Positions 29,542-37,266 of a stretch of DNA of 38,300 bases are shown piece after piece. A model generated the notes under the pieces. The model did no database searches, had not been told where the DNA came from, and worked only from the letters and a program-made list of their open reading frames with translations. The DNA is taken from the UHGV virus genome UHGV-0186551; one strand, 5' to 3'. Made by a program: the position numbers and the translations under genes. The stretch comes from a virus. Position 1 is the first letter of the stretch. Every line of letters starts with the position of its first letter.

Positions 29542-29910
29542 ATGGTTGGAACCGCTATAGCAAGCTTTTTGGGGATGTTGGCAATCTCAACAATTTACGG
29601 CTTAGCGCATGCTTTTATTGCGAAATCTCTATCAGAAAAAATAAGCCAGGCTTGGGCGCATAGATCTGCTCGTTTCATGATTCTAGTGGTCATAGCAATA
29701 CAAGGGATATCTGCATTTATCCTCTATGGATCAAGCTTATACCTGTTGTATCAAGGCGCGACATTTACGCCTTACACCAGTGATTACGGAACTCTATACG
29801 ATGGTAGTGAAGACATCTCTATGGCTTGGATCGTCTTTGGTTTATCTATGGCCGTGTCTGTTGTAGCAGACATCATTAAGGTAATTCTCGTCTTAACCTT
29901 CGCTGACTAA
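29542..29910 (+). CDS. Multi-pass membrane protein co-transcribed with cI (rex-position cargo)
   Basis: ATG at 29542 with AAGGGG ribosome-binding site, 18 nt after cI stop; about four hydrophobic segments; track start 29521. Confidence 0.7.
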   Translation: MVGTAIASFLGMLAISTIYGLAHAFIAKSLSEKISQAWAHRSARFMILVVIAIQGISAFILYGSSLYLLYQGATFTPYTSDYGTLYDGSEDISMAWIVFGLSMAVSVVADIIKVILVLTFAD

Positions 29911-29999
29911 CCCATAATCCCGGCAGCAATAGCTATCGGGATCCACTTCACATATCCCGCATAAAAAGCACTGAACAAGCAGACACCGAAAAAAAATAA

Positions 30000-30085
30000 A
30001 TATCCTTTGTATTCATTTGCTTATCATTATTTCACCAAAAATAAATACCTTGGGTATTTACACAATAAAATACCTACAGTATTCT
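30000..30085 (+). promoter_or_regulatory. oL/pL: operators atatcctttgtattc (30000..30014), aataccttgggtatt (30044..30058), aatacctacagtatt (30069..30083); pL -35 TTTACA 30057..30062, -10 TATTCT 30080..30085
   Basis: Same operator consensus as oR; promoter geometry mirrors pR. Confidence 0.65.
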
Positions 30086-30130
30086 TTAGCCATCAGCAGG
30101 ACGCTGATAGCCAAACGGAACAGATTGGCA

Positions 30131-30171
30131 GGCTCTTTAACATTGATGGGATTGTCCCGCCGAAATGCGGG
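30131..30171 (+). promoter_or_regulatory. nutL (boxA ggctctttaa, boxB cccgccgaaatgcggg)
   Basis: boxA followed after a 16-nt spacer by the same boxB hairpin as nutR, upstream of N. Confidence 0.75.
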
Positions 30172-30279
30172 AACCAAAGAGTAGTTGGCTTTGGGGTGAC
30201 GTGAAGTTCAGCTGCACGACGGCAACCGGAAGATAAGCACCCGGCGCGTCACCGCCAAAGTCAATCATCGGAGGTCAAC

Positions 30280-30552
30280 ATGGCAGTAGTCATTACATTT
30301 CTGGCTGACGATAACGCCAGAAATCGCCGCAGAGCACGCAGACAGGCTCAACGTGAGCAGGCAATGCAAGAACAGCGACTGGCGCGAAAAATTGCGCTAA
30401 AGCTCTCTGGTTGCGTCAGAGCAGACAAAGCAGCATCACTCGGAAGCCTTCGCTTCAAGAAGGCAGATGAATGGAGTGGAAGTATTTGCCTGCCAAACGT
30501 AGCCATTTACGCGGCAGGCTACCGGAAATCAAAACAACTGACGGCGAGGTAA
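30280..30552 (+). CDS. N: Antiterminator N (arginine-rich-motif type)
   Basis: 90 aa; ARNRRRARRQAQREQ motif; first gene after pL/nutL; GGAGG ribosome-binding site. Confidence 0.8.
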   Translation: MAVVITFLADDNARNRRRARRQAQREQAMQEQRLARKIALKLSGCVRADKAASLGSLRFKKADEWSGSICLPNVAIYAAGYRKSKQLTAR

Positions 30553-30554
30553 TT

Positions 30555-30917
30555 ATGGGTCAGGAAGAAAAATATGAGCTTAAAAAGCTAATTGGAGAAG
30601 ACGCCATAGAAGAAATTGCAGCATTAACAACAGCTATAAAGAATATTAGGTATGCGCTAAATACGCTTATCTCCTCATGCGACAAAAATAGCAGGGAATT
30701 TTTGATACTTGGCGCAGCTCTAGGAATAGTTGATGCGGCAACGCTTCACCTAATTACTCATGACGATATTCTTATTGAGCCGTATGAAACATTACTGCTT
30801 GTCAGGCAAAAAATGGCTGATGCCGCAGCAAATGGAGACCTTCAACTTTACATCGACTTAAGGAAAGTATTAAGGCGAATGGTCAGAACTGAAGGAGATA
30901 TCCCCCTGACAAAATAA
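30555..30917 (+). CDS. Hypothetical protein, 120 aa (Ral-position accessory gene)
   Basis: ATG 3 nt after N stop with GAGG ribosome-binding site; track ORF 30471..30917 trimmed. Confidence 0.65.
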   Translation: MGQEEKYELKKLIGEDAIEEIAALTTAIKNIRYALNTLISSCDKNSREFLILGAALGIVDAATLHLITHDDILIEPYETLLLVRQKMADAAANGDLQLYIDLRKVLRRMVRTEGDIPLTK

Positions 30918-31100
30918 GGGGGTGAGAGGATTTTACTATTTTTCTCGCTGTAGGGGTACACGAGAACCACCGAGCCTGATGTGGTTAAAAGACAGGCACA
31001 ATCTTTACTACCGCAAGCCACGCAGTGAAATGGGCGTGACATGCTCAGGCCGCCAGAAGCAACGCGGAAAATCAATTCCAGCTTATTACGATTGAGGTTA

Positions 31101-31370
31101 ATGATGAAGTTCAAATTGAACGATGAAGTTAAATGGTCAAGCTCATCAAACGGTGTAACGAAGGTAAAAATCGGGTTTATCGTCGAGGTGATTCCTCCTG
31201 GTGTCAACGTAAAAAAATTCGAACTAGGCCGTCTGCTAGATGCACCTGGCCTTCCGAGGAAAGAAGAGAGCTATATAGTTTGTGTAGGTCCAAGACCCGG
31301 ATCTCGAGCCAAGCCAAAATATTACTGGCCGCGAGTTAATAACCTGCGTCACTTACACGATGACAAATAG
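31101..31370 (+). CDS. Hypothetical protein, 89 aa
   Basis: ATG at 31101 preceded by GAGGT; track ORF 31041..31370 trimmed. Confidence 0.55.
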   Translation: MMKFKLNDEVKWSSSSNGVTKVKIGFIVEVIPPGVNVKKFELGRLLDAPGLPRKEESYIVCVGPRPGSRAKPKYYWPRVNNLRHLHDDK

Positions 31371-31425
31371 AAGTGGATGTCATTGTTTTACTTTTTCGCA
31401 GCAAACCACTTATTTGAGGTGAGAT

Positions 31426-31896
31426 ATGACAAAATCATGGAGCGTACCTTTTCCTGAATCAGAAACTGAACATGATGGAATGCCTGTTTTCTGGAGATTC
31501 CAAGCAACAGTTGAAGAAGATGGAATCAAAATATTCGCACTTCAATATATAGCTTTTCATCAGACAGAGCATTATGCATGGTTGGTTCCTGCGCATTGGA
31601 TTGTTAATTTTAAACCAGCACCAAATCAGTGGTTACAGGAATGGAAACAAAATAGAAATAGATATGCAATTAAGAAAGTAGCAAAAAATGCAGAAAGATC
31701 TTTTGCGTTCCCGACGAAGAAACTTGCCATTGAAAGTTTATTGCGCCGGAAGAAATACCATTTGATGAGAATCAAACAAGATTTGGCTGTTGTATCAACT
31801 CTTGTTGATGGGATGAAGAATATTGATACATCAACACCAGATATTGAATATAACTTTGGACACAACCAAGAAACAGAAAATTGGGTGTTTTATTAG
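31426..31896 (+). CDS. Hypothetical protein, 156 aa, AT-rich accessory gene
   Basis: GAGGTGAG ribosome-binding site; AT-rich composition; followed by a 9-bp-stem hairpin at 31911..31938. Confidence 0.7.
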   Translation: MTKSWSVPFPESETEHDGMPVFWRFQATVEEDGIKIFALQYIAFHQTEHYAWLVPAHWIVNFKPAPNQWLQEWKQNRNRYAIKKVAKNAERSFAFPTKKLAIESLLRRKKYHLMRIKQDLAVVSTLVDGMKNIDTSTPDIEYNFGHNQETENWVFY

Positions 31897-32000
31897 TATG
31901 AATAAGCACTGTGTATTCATTCCAACGAGTGAATACACGGAGCAATGTCGCTCGTAACTAAACAGGAGCCGACTTGTTCTGATTATTGGAAGTCTTCTTT

Positions 32001-32026
32001 GCCCTCCAGTGTGAGGGCCTTTTTAT
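32001..32026 (+). terminator. Rho-independent terminator in the pL operon
   Basis: gccctc cagtgt gagggc hairpin followed by ctttttat. Confidence 0.6.
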
Positions 32027-32090
32027 ATGCATACCAATAACGCTTCACTCGAGGCGTTTTCGTTATGCAATCAAATATAAGGAGTTACCC

Positions 32091-32225
32091 ATGATGCACT
32101 TTCAGCTCGCGGGTAGCGGCGTCATGTCCGCTTTCTACCCGCACGAATCTGAATTATCACGCCGAGTTAAACAATTAATTAGAGCAGCAAAGAAACAACT
32201 GGAGGCGTTATGCGCAATGAAATAG
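32091..32225 (+). CDS. CIII-like small protein (putative FtsH inhibitor)
   Basis: 44 aa; AAGGAG ribosome-binding site; pattern ...AG...ES.LSRR..QL resembles lambda CIII. Confidence 0.5.
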   Translation: MMHFQLAGSGVMSAFYPHESELSRRVKQLIRAAKKQLEALCAMK

Positions 32226-32362
32226 CCATTAATCACCAGATGCTTCGTGCGGCACAAAACAAAGCAGTAATAGCCAGATTTATTGGTGATTCAAAAATGT
32301 GGATTGAAGCAAATAAAGCGATGAAATCAGCTATCAACCTTCCGTGGTATCGCAGGAAATGA
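32210..32362 (+). CDS. Kil-like small protein, 50 aa
   Basis: Hand-translated; GGAGG ribosome-binding site; position after the cIII-like gene; resemblance to lambda Kil only vaguely recalled. Confidence 0.4.
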   Translation: MRNEIAINHQMLRAAQNKAVIARFIGDSKMWIEANKAMKSAINLPWYRRK

Positions 32363-32443
32363 GTTTTACAGATAACTGGTCAGACGAAGAATTCATTCGT
32401 CAGATGAACAAAATGCTCAATCAGCACAAAAAACAGGAGAAAG

Positions 32444-32755
32444 ATGATGATTCTGACTCTGAATGATAAGCGTGAAATATCGCAAATCATCGCAAGTTTT
32501 ACTGATGAAGATTACGAACGAATCAACAGTGAAGTTGATCGCCTCTGCAAACGTTGCGACCCAATAAGCGAAATGCTTCGCTCATATAAACCAGATGAAC
32601 ACACTAAGGACGCTATCGACTGGCTGGAAGATGATGACTGTGACTATCAGGAAAAAGCCGCTGAATGGTTCTGGGATGCAATAACCGAAAGAGTTAAGGC
32701 TGAATATGCCTTCTCAATATTCAAACGCAGACACATTTTTGGAGAAGCTGCATGA
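32444..32755 (+). CDS. Hypothetical acidic protein, 103 aa, directly upstream of recT
   Basis: Strong AGGAG ribosome-binding site; stop overlaps recT start. Confidence 0.7.
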   Translation: MMILTLNDKREISQIIASFTDEDYERINSEVDRLCKRCDPISEMLRSYKPDEHTKDAIDWLEDDDCDYQEKAAEWFWDAITERVKAEYAFSIFKRRHIFGEAA

Positions 32756-33663
32756 GCAATATCGTTGAATTCGTTAAACAGCAGGAGCAGTTATTCTGCG
32801 GAGCATTGACTGAACAGACGGTGACATGGGCTAAGGAAAGCCAGTTTGCAATTCAGTATTTCCAGAAAAATGATTACCTGGCTAAAACAGCACTGGCAAA
32901 TCCAACCAGCGCACAGAACGCCATCATCAATGTTGCGGCGATCGGCATCACCTTAAACCCGGCTAGCAAACTGGCTTATCTGGTTCCGCGCGACGGCATG
33001 GTGTGCCTTGATATCAGTTATATGGGATTGCTCCATATTGCAATGGAGTCTGGTGTTATCTCATGGGGTCAGGCAAAACTTGTTCATGCTAACGATACCT
33101 ATGAGTCAAACGGGCTTGATAAAGCACCAACCCATAAATACAACGCCTTCGGTGATCGTGGTGATATCGTTGGCGTTTACTGCACAGTTAAGACGCCAGC
33201 AGGTGATTATCTAACGGAAGAGATGAGTCTTGCTGAAATTGAGGCTGTAAGGAAAACAAGCAAGGCGGCATTCAGCGATAAAGGACCATGGGTAAATCAC
33301 TGGAATGAGATGGCGCGAAAGACGGTCGTAAAGCGTGCAAGCAAGTATTGGCCTAAGGCATCACGTCTTGATAGTGCTATTCACGTACTAAACGAAGAAG
33401 AAGGTGTGTGGACTGAACCAGTTATGCCGCACAAATCAGAGGAAGATATCCGCGAAGATGAACGGAAACGCCAGCAGGAAAGAACGGATAAAGCACAACT
33501 TCTTTGTGATGAAATGGCTCAGGCTGAAAACATGGATGATTTGAAGCGATATTTTGCAGAAGCATATCGCCTGACATCTGGAATGAAATTGCAGCAGAAC
33601 GTACAAGCCATTTACGCAGAATGCAAAGCGAAACTGGAGGTTGCCAGTGAGCAAACTGTATGA
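32752..33663 (+). CDS. recT: RecT-family single-strand annealing recombinase
   Basis: 303 aa; GPWVNHWNEMARKTVVKRASKYWP matches the RecT signature GPWVTHWEEMAKKTAIRRLFKYLP. Confidence 0.85.
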   Translation: MSNIVEFVKQQEQLFCGALTEQTVTWAKESQFAIQYFQKNDYLAKTALANPTSAQNAIINVAAIGITLNPASKLAYLVPRDGMVCLDISYMGLLHIAMESGVISWGQAKLVHANDTYESNGLDKAPTHKYNAFGDRGDIVGVYCTVKTPAGDYLTEEMSLAEIEAVRKTSKAAFSDKGPWVNHWNEMARKTVVKRASKYWPKASRLDSAIHVLNEEEGVWTEPVMPHKSEEDIREDERKRQQERTDKAQLLCDEMAQAENMDDLKRYFAEAYRLTSGMKLQQNVQAIYAECKAKLEVASEQTV

Positions 33664-34129
33664 AATTGCCAATGAATACGCAAAATTGATGGATTCAGAT
33701 TTAGAACCAGAGATGATTGCTGACACAATAGAAGGCATGGAAGGAGAATTTACCGATAAAATAGAGCAACTTCTTTCCGTCATTAAAAATGAATCTGGTT
33801 ATGCCGAACGCCTCAAGGAAGAGGCAAAGTCACTGAATGAGCGAGCCGCAGTAATTCAAAATAAGATTGACAGCATCAAATCATATATAGCGTCATCGCT
33901 TGAAATGGTTGGCAAGAAAAAGATTCGAGCAGGTATTCACCAGGTAACAATCCGCAAACCGTCAGAAACTGTAGAAATCATCGACTCAAGCGCCCTTCCT
34001 CCTGAATACGTTGAGTTTGAAACGACAATTAAAGCCGACAAGTTGGCAATCAAGCACCAACTAAAAGCAGGAATAAATATCCCAGGCGCTCAACTCAAGG
34101 TTGGGAAACCTTCACTTCTTATCAAATAA
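33647..34129 (+). CDS. Gp157-like recombination accessory protein
   Basis: GTG start with GGAGG ribosome-binding site; resembles the Sipho_Gp157 family that commonly accompanies phage recombinases. Confidence 0.6.
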   Translation: MSKLYEIANEYAKLMDSDLEPEMIADTIEGMEGEFTDKIEQLLSVIKNESGYAERLKEEAKSLNERAAVIQNKIDSIKSYIASSLEMVGKKKIRAGIHQVTIRKPSETVEIIDSSALPPEYVEFETTIKADKLAIKHQLKAGINIPGAQLKVGKPSLLIK

Positions 34130-34140
34130 CGGTATCGACT

Positions 34141-34455
34141 ATGAAAAAGACTCCATGGGAGAAATGGGAAGTCGATTTCTTGCGCGAGGTAGCGGCGACA
34201 ATGCCAGTTGAAGTTATCGCAGAAAAACTGGAAAGGACTGAAAAAGCAGTAATGGCGAAAGCAACAAGGATTGGAGCTGACATTGTTAGCCGACTTCGTG
34301 GAAGACGCTGGACAAGAGCCGAAGTATCACTTTTCGGTAAGTTCTCCGCAGAAGAAATAGCAATTGCAACCTGCCGCTCAATTTATTCAGTAAGAGCTAT
34401 GCGATACAAGCTAAAAAAACTCGATGAAGAAAGAGCAGGCATACAAATAAATTAA
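34141..34455 (+). CDS. Hypothetical protein, 104 aa, two internal Trp-containing repeats (possible DNA-binding)
   Basis: ORF track; repeat pattern seen in translation. Confidence 0.6.
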   Translation: MKKTPWEKWEVDFLREVAATMPVEVIAEKLERTEKAVMAKATRIGADIVSRLRGRRWTRAEVSLFGKFSAEEIAIATCRSIYSVRAMRYKLKKLDEERAGIQIN

Positions 34456-34471
34456 CATGGAGTAATTAACA

Positions 34472-34753
34472 ATGAAGCTAAACATCGACCTAGGAAAATA
34501 CGTTATTACCGGAACCAAACACGATCTGATTCTTAGCGAAAGAGGAATTATCAAAGAAGGCGAGAATGCAGGGAAAGAAACACTAAGTCGTATCGGTTAT
34601 TACAGCAAGTTTGAGCATCTGGTTAAAGAGTTATGCAACCGTGAAATCCTGTTATCTCAGGCGCAGACGCTACAGGATATTCAGCAGCATATCGAGACTT
34701 TAGGTATGTCACTTAGCATGGCTATTGACCAGTTCGTGGAGAGTAAATCATGA
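34472..34753 (+). CDS. Hypothetical protein, 93 aa
   Basis: ORF track. Confidence 0.55.
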   Translation: MKLNIDLGKYVITGTKHDLILSERGIIKEGENAGKETLSRIGYYSKFEHLVKELCNREILLSQAQTLQDIQQHIETLGMSLSMAIDQFVESKS

Positions 34754-34917
34754 GAGGACTTACATACAATCCCGGCATTCTTCCGGCAGAAATGATTATT
34801 CGTCAACGCGTAAAGCCAATGCCATCGAGAGAGGAATTGCTTAAGCGAAATTCTTTTCTGTCAGTGAATCAAAACAAATATCTGAATGCGATGTGGCGCA
34901 AAGGAGGCAACCAGTGA
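34750..34917 (+). CDS. Hypothetical protein, 55 aa
   Basis: Hand-translated; ATG overlaps upstream stop by 4 nt. Confidence 0.4.
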   Translation: MRGLTYNPGILPAEMIIRQRVKPMPSREELLKRNSFLSVNQNKYLNAMWRKGGNQ

Positions 34918-35018
34918 GAAAGATTGGCTATCAGGCACTACGTGAGGCGGCAGAGCAGGCAATGCATGACGACTGGTGATTTGATGCGGACCTTTTCCAT
35001 GAGCTGGCAACACCATCG

Positions 35019-35471
35019 ATGGTGCTGGCACTACTGGATGAACGGGAAAGAAACCAGCAATACGTCAAACGCCGCGACCAGGAGAACGAGGAAATTGCGC
35101 TAACGGTAGGGAAGCTGCGCGTTGAGCTTGAAGCAGTAAAATCAAAACTCAACGAGCAGCGTGAATATTACGAGGGAGTAATCGCGTATGGGGGTAAGCG
35201 CATAGCAGAACTGGTAGCCGAACTCGTAAGCCAGACTTACAAGTTGAATGAGATGTCGGGCAACTCTCCGGTAACTCCGTCTGTCTGGATGAGCTGTAGT
35301 GAGCGAATGCCGGACGACGCGCAGTGGTGCGTAGTTGAAGCCGCAGACGGGTATTACGTGCAATGCTGGTCTGAAGGTCAAGGATGGCTTGGAGATGACA
35401 TCAGCCTACGTAATTGCGATGTAATCAGATGGATGACGATTCCTGAACCGCCGGAGCAGGATGGTGAATAA
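35019..35471 (+). CDS. DUF551-domain protein (coiled-coil N-terminus, DUF551-like C-terminus)
   Basis: C-terminal pattern W..V.A.DGYY..C..........VIRWMTIPEPP typical of DUF551. Confidence 0.7.
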   Translation: MVLALLDERERNQQYVKRRDQENEEIALTVGKLRVELEAVKSKLNEQREYYEGVIAYGGKRIAELVAELVSQTYKLNEMSGNSPVTPSVWMSCSERMPDDAQWCVVEAADGYYVQCWSEGQGWLGDDISLRNCDVIRWMTIPEPPEQDGE

Positions 35472-35557
35472 TGCCGCCAGTTAAAGTTGTGATTATCACT
35501 TTGGTGATGATAGTGATTGCGAGAATCATGTCTGGTGAAGTTTGGTGGATATGGTAA
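35471..35557 (+). CDS. Possible 28-aa hydrophobic peptide (MPPVKVVIITLVMIVIARIMSGEVWWIW)
   Basis: ATG overlaps DUF551 stop (TAATG); single predicted transmembrane helix; hand-translated. Confidence 0.3.
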   Translation: MPPVKVVIITLVMIVIARIMSGEVWWIW

Positions 35558-35590
35558 TGGCTAAGGCAGCAGCAGAGCGCAACTAACAAT

Positions 35591-35646
35591 CCTCGCACTC
35601 GCGGGGATTTCTTTTATCTGAACTCGCTACGGCGAGTTTTGTTTTA
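35591..35646 (+). terminator. Tandem hairpins with T-runs upstream of orf55/xis
   Basis: cctcgcactcgcgggg + atttctttt and aactcgctacggcgagtt + ttgtttt. Confidence 0.5.
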
Positions 35647-35658
35647 TGGAGATGATAA

Positions 35659-35826
35659 ATGCACTTCCGAGTCACAGGTGAATGGAATGGAGAACCATTC
35701 AACAGAGTTATCGAAGCAGAGAACATCAACGACTGCTATGACCACTGGATGATATGGGCGCAGATAGCACATGCAGACGTAACCAATATTTGTATTGAAG
35801 AACTGAAAGAACACCAAGCCGCCTGA
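35659..35826 (+). CDS. Lambda orf55-like hypothetical protein
   Basis: 55 aa hand-translated (MHFRVTGEWNGEPF...); lies upstream of xis as in lambda. Confidence 0.55.
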   Translation: MHFRVTGEWNGEPFNRVIEAENINDCYDHWMIWAQIAHADVTNICIEELKEHQAA

Positions 35827-35865
35827 TGGCGGTTTTTTCTTGCGTGTAATTGCGGAGACTTTGCG

Positions 35866-36084
35866 ATGTACTTGACACTTCAGGAGTGGAACGCACGCCA
35901 GCGACGCCCAAGAAGCCTTGAAACAGTTCGTCGATGGGTACGCGAGTGCAGGATATTCCCTCCTCCTGTTAAGGACGGAAGAGAGTATTTGTTCCACGAA
36001 TCAGCGGTAAAGGTTGACTTAAATCGACCAGTAACAGGTAGCCTTTTGAAGAGGATCAGAAATGGGAAGAAGGCGAAGTCATGA
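35866..36084 (+). CDS. xis: Excisionase Xis
   Basis: 72 aa, MYLTLQEWNARQRRPRSLETVRRWVRECRIFPPPVKDGREYLFHESAVKVDLNRPVTG.LLKRIRNGKKAKS as in lambda Xis. Confidence 0.95.
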   Translation: MYLTLQEWNARQRRPRSLETVRRWVRECRIFPPPVKDGREYLFHESAVKVDLNRPVTGSLLKRIRNGKKAKS

Positions 36085-37132
36085 GCGCCGGGATTTACCC
36101 CCTAATCTTTATATAAGAAACAATGGATATTACTGCTACAGGGACCCAAGAACGGGTAAAGAGTTTGGATTAGGCCGAGACAGGAGGATAGCAATCACTG
36201 AAGCAATACAGGCCAACATTGAGTTATTTTCAGGACACAAACACAAGCCTCTGACAGCGAGAATCAACAGTGATAATTCTGTTACGTTACATTCATGGCT
36301 TGATCGCTACGAAAAAATCCTCGCCAGCAGAGGAATCAAGCAGAAGACACTTATAAATTACATGAGCAAAATTAAAGCAATAAGGAGGGGTCTGCCTGAT
36401 GCTCCACTTGAAGACATCACCACAAAAGAAATTGCGGCAATGCTCAATGGATACATAGACGAGGGCAAGGCGGCATCAGCCAAGTTAATCAGATCAACAC
36501 TGAGCGATGCATTCCGAGAGGCAATAGCTGAAGGCCATATAACAACAAACCCGGTCGCTGCCACTCGCGCAGCAAAATCAGAGGTAAGGAGATCAAGGCT
36601 TACGGCTGACGAATACCTGAAAATTTATCAAGCAGCAGAATCATCACCATGTTGGTTAAGACTTGCAATGGAACTGGCTGTTGTTACCGGGCAGCGAGTT
36701 GGTGATTTATGCGAAATGAAGTGGTCTGATATCGTAGATGGATATCTTTATGTCGAGCAAAGCAAAACAGGCGTAAAAATTGCCATCCCTACAACATTGC
36801 ATGTTGATGCTCTCGGGATATCAATGAAGGAAACACTTGATAAATGCAAAGAGATTCTTGGCGGAGAAACCATAATTGCATCTACTCGTCGTGAACCGCT
36901 TTCATCCGGCACAGTATCAAGGTATTTTATGCGCGCACGAAAAGCATCAGGTCTTTCCTTCGAAGGGGATCCGCCTACCTTTCACGAGTTGCGCAGTTTG
37001 TCTGCAAGACTCTATGAGAAGCAGATAAGCGATAAATTTGCTCAACATCTTCTCGGGCATAAGTCGGACACCATGGCATCACAGTATCGTGATGACAGAG
37101 GCAGGGAGTGGGACAAAATTGAAATCAAATAA
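36062..37132 (+). CDS. int: Tyrosine integrase Int
   Basis: 356 aa matching lambda Int as recalled; overlaps xis 3' end as in lambda. Confidence 0.95.
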   Translation: MGRRRSHERRDLPPNLYIRNNGYYCYRDPRTGKEFGLGRDRRIAITEAIQANIELFSGHKHKPLTARINSDNSVTLHSWLDRYEKILASRGIKQKTLINYMSKIKAIRRGLPDAPLEDITTKEIAAMLNGYIDEGKAASAKLIRSTLSDAFREAIAEGHITTNPVAATRAAKSEVRRSRLTADEYLKIYQAAESSPCWLRLAMELAVVTGQRVGDLCEMKWSDIVDGYLYVEQSKTGVKIAIPTTLHVDALGISMKETLDKCKEILGGETIIASTRREPLSSGTVSRYFMRARKASGLSFEGDPPTFHELRSLSARLYEKQISDKFAQHLLGHKSDTMASQYRDDRGREWDKIEIK

Positions 37133-37205
37133 TGATTTTATTTTGACTGATAGTGACCTGTTCGTTGCAACAAATTGATAAGCAATGCTTTTTTATAATG
37201 CCAAC
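37133..37205. other. attL P'-arm
   Basis: Sequence between int stop and core recalls the lambda P' arm in reverse complement (not aligned). Confidence 0.7.
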
Positions 37206-37220
37206 TTAGTATAAAAAAGC
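37206..37220. repeat. att core (attL copy), ttagtataaaaaagc
   Basis: Reverse complement of the lambda 15-bp core; 37207..37220 repeats positions 1..14. Confidence 0.9.
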
Positions 37221-37266
37221 AGGCTTCAACGGATTCATTTTTCTATTTCATAGCCCGGAGCAACCT

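Larger units (their letters stand above)
1..37220. mobile_element. Complete integrated lambdoid prophage: lambda-type int/xis/att and Q-S-R, P22-like headful morphogenesis and tailspike, O plus DnaB-type replication, RecT recombination
   Basis: Contiguous phage gene order from tailspike to int; 14-bp att core repeated at both ends; host ybhC begins right after the right-hand core. Confidence 0.9.

Noticed and set aside
30848-31207. 119-aa - strand ORF
   Set aside because: Antisense within the rightward pL operon, overlapping two + strand genes that have ribosome-binding sites; not membrane-like, so not a SieB equivalent
35644-35997. 117-aa - strand ORF
   Set aside because: Antisense to orf55 and the start of xis, which match lambda
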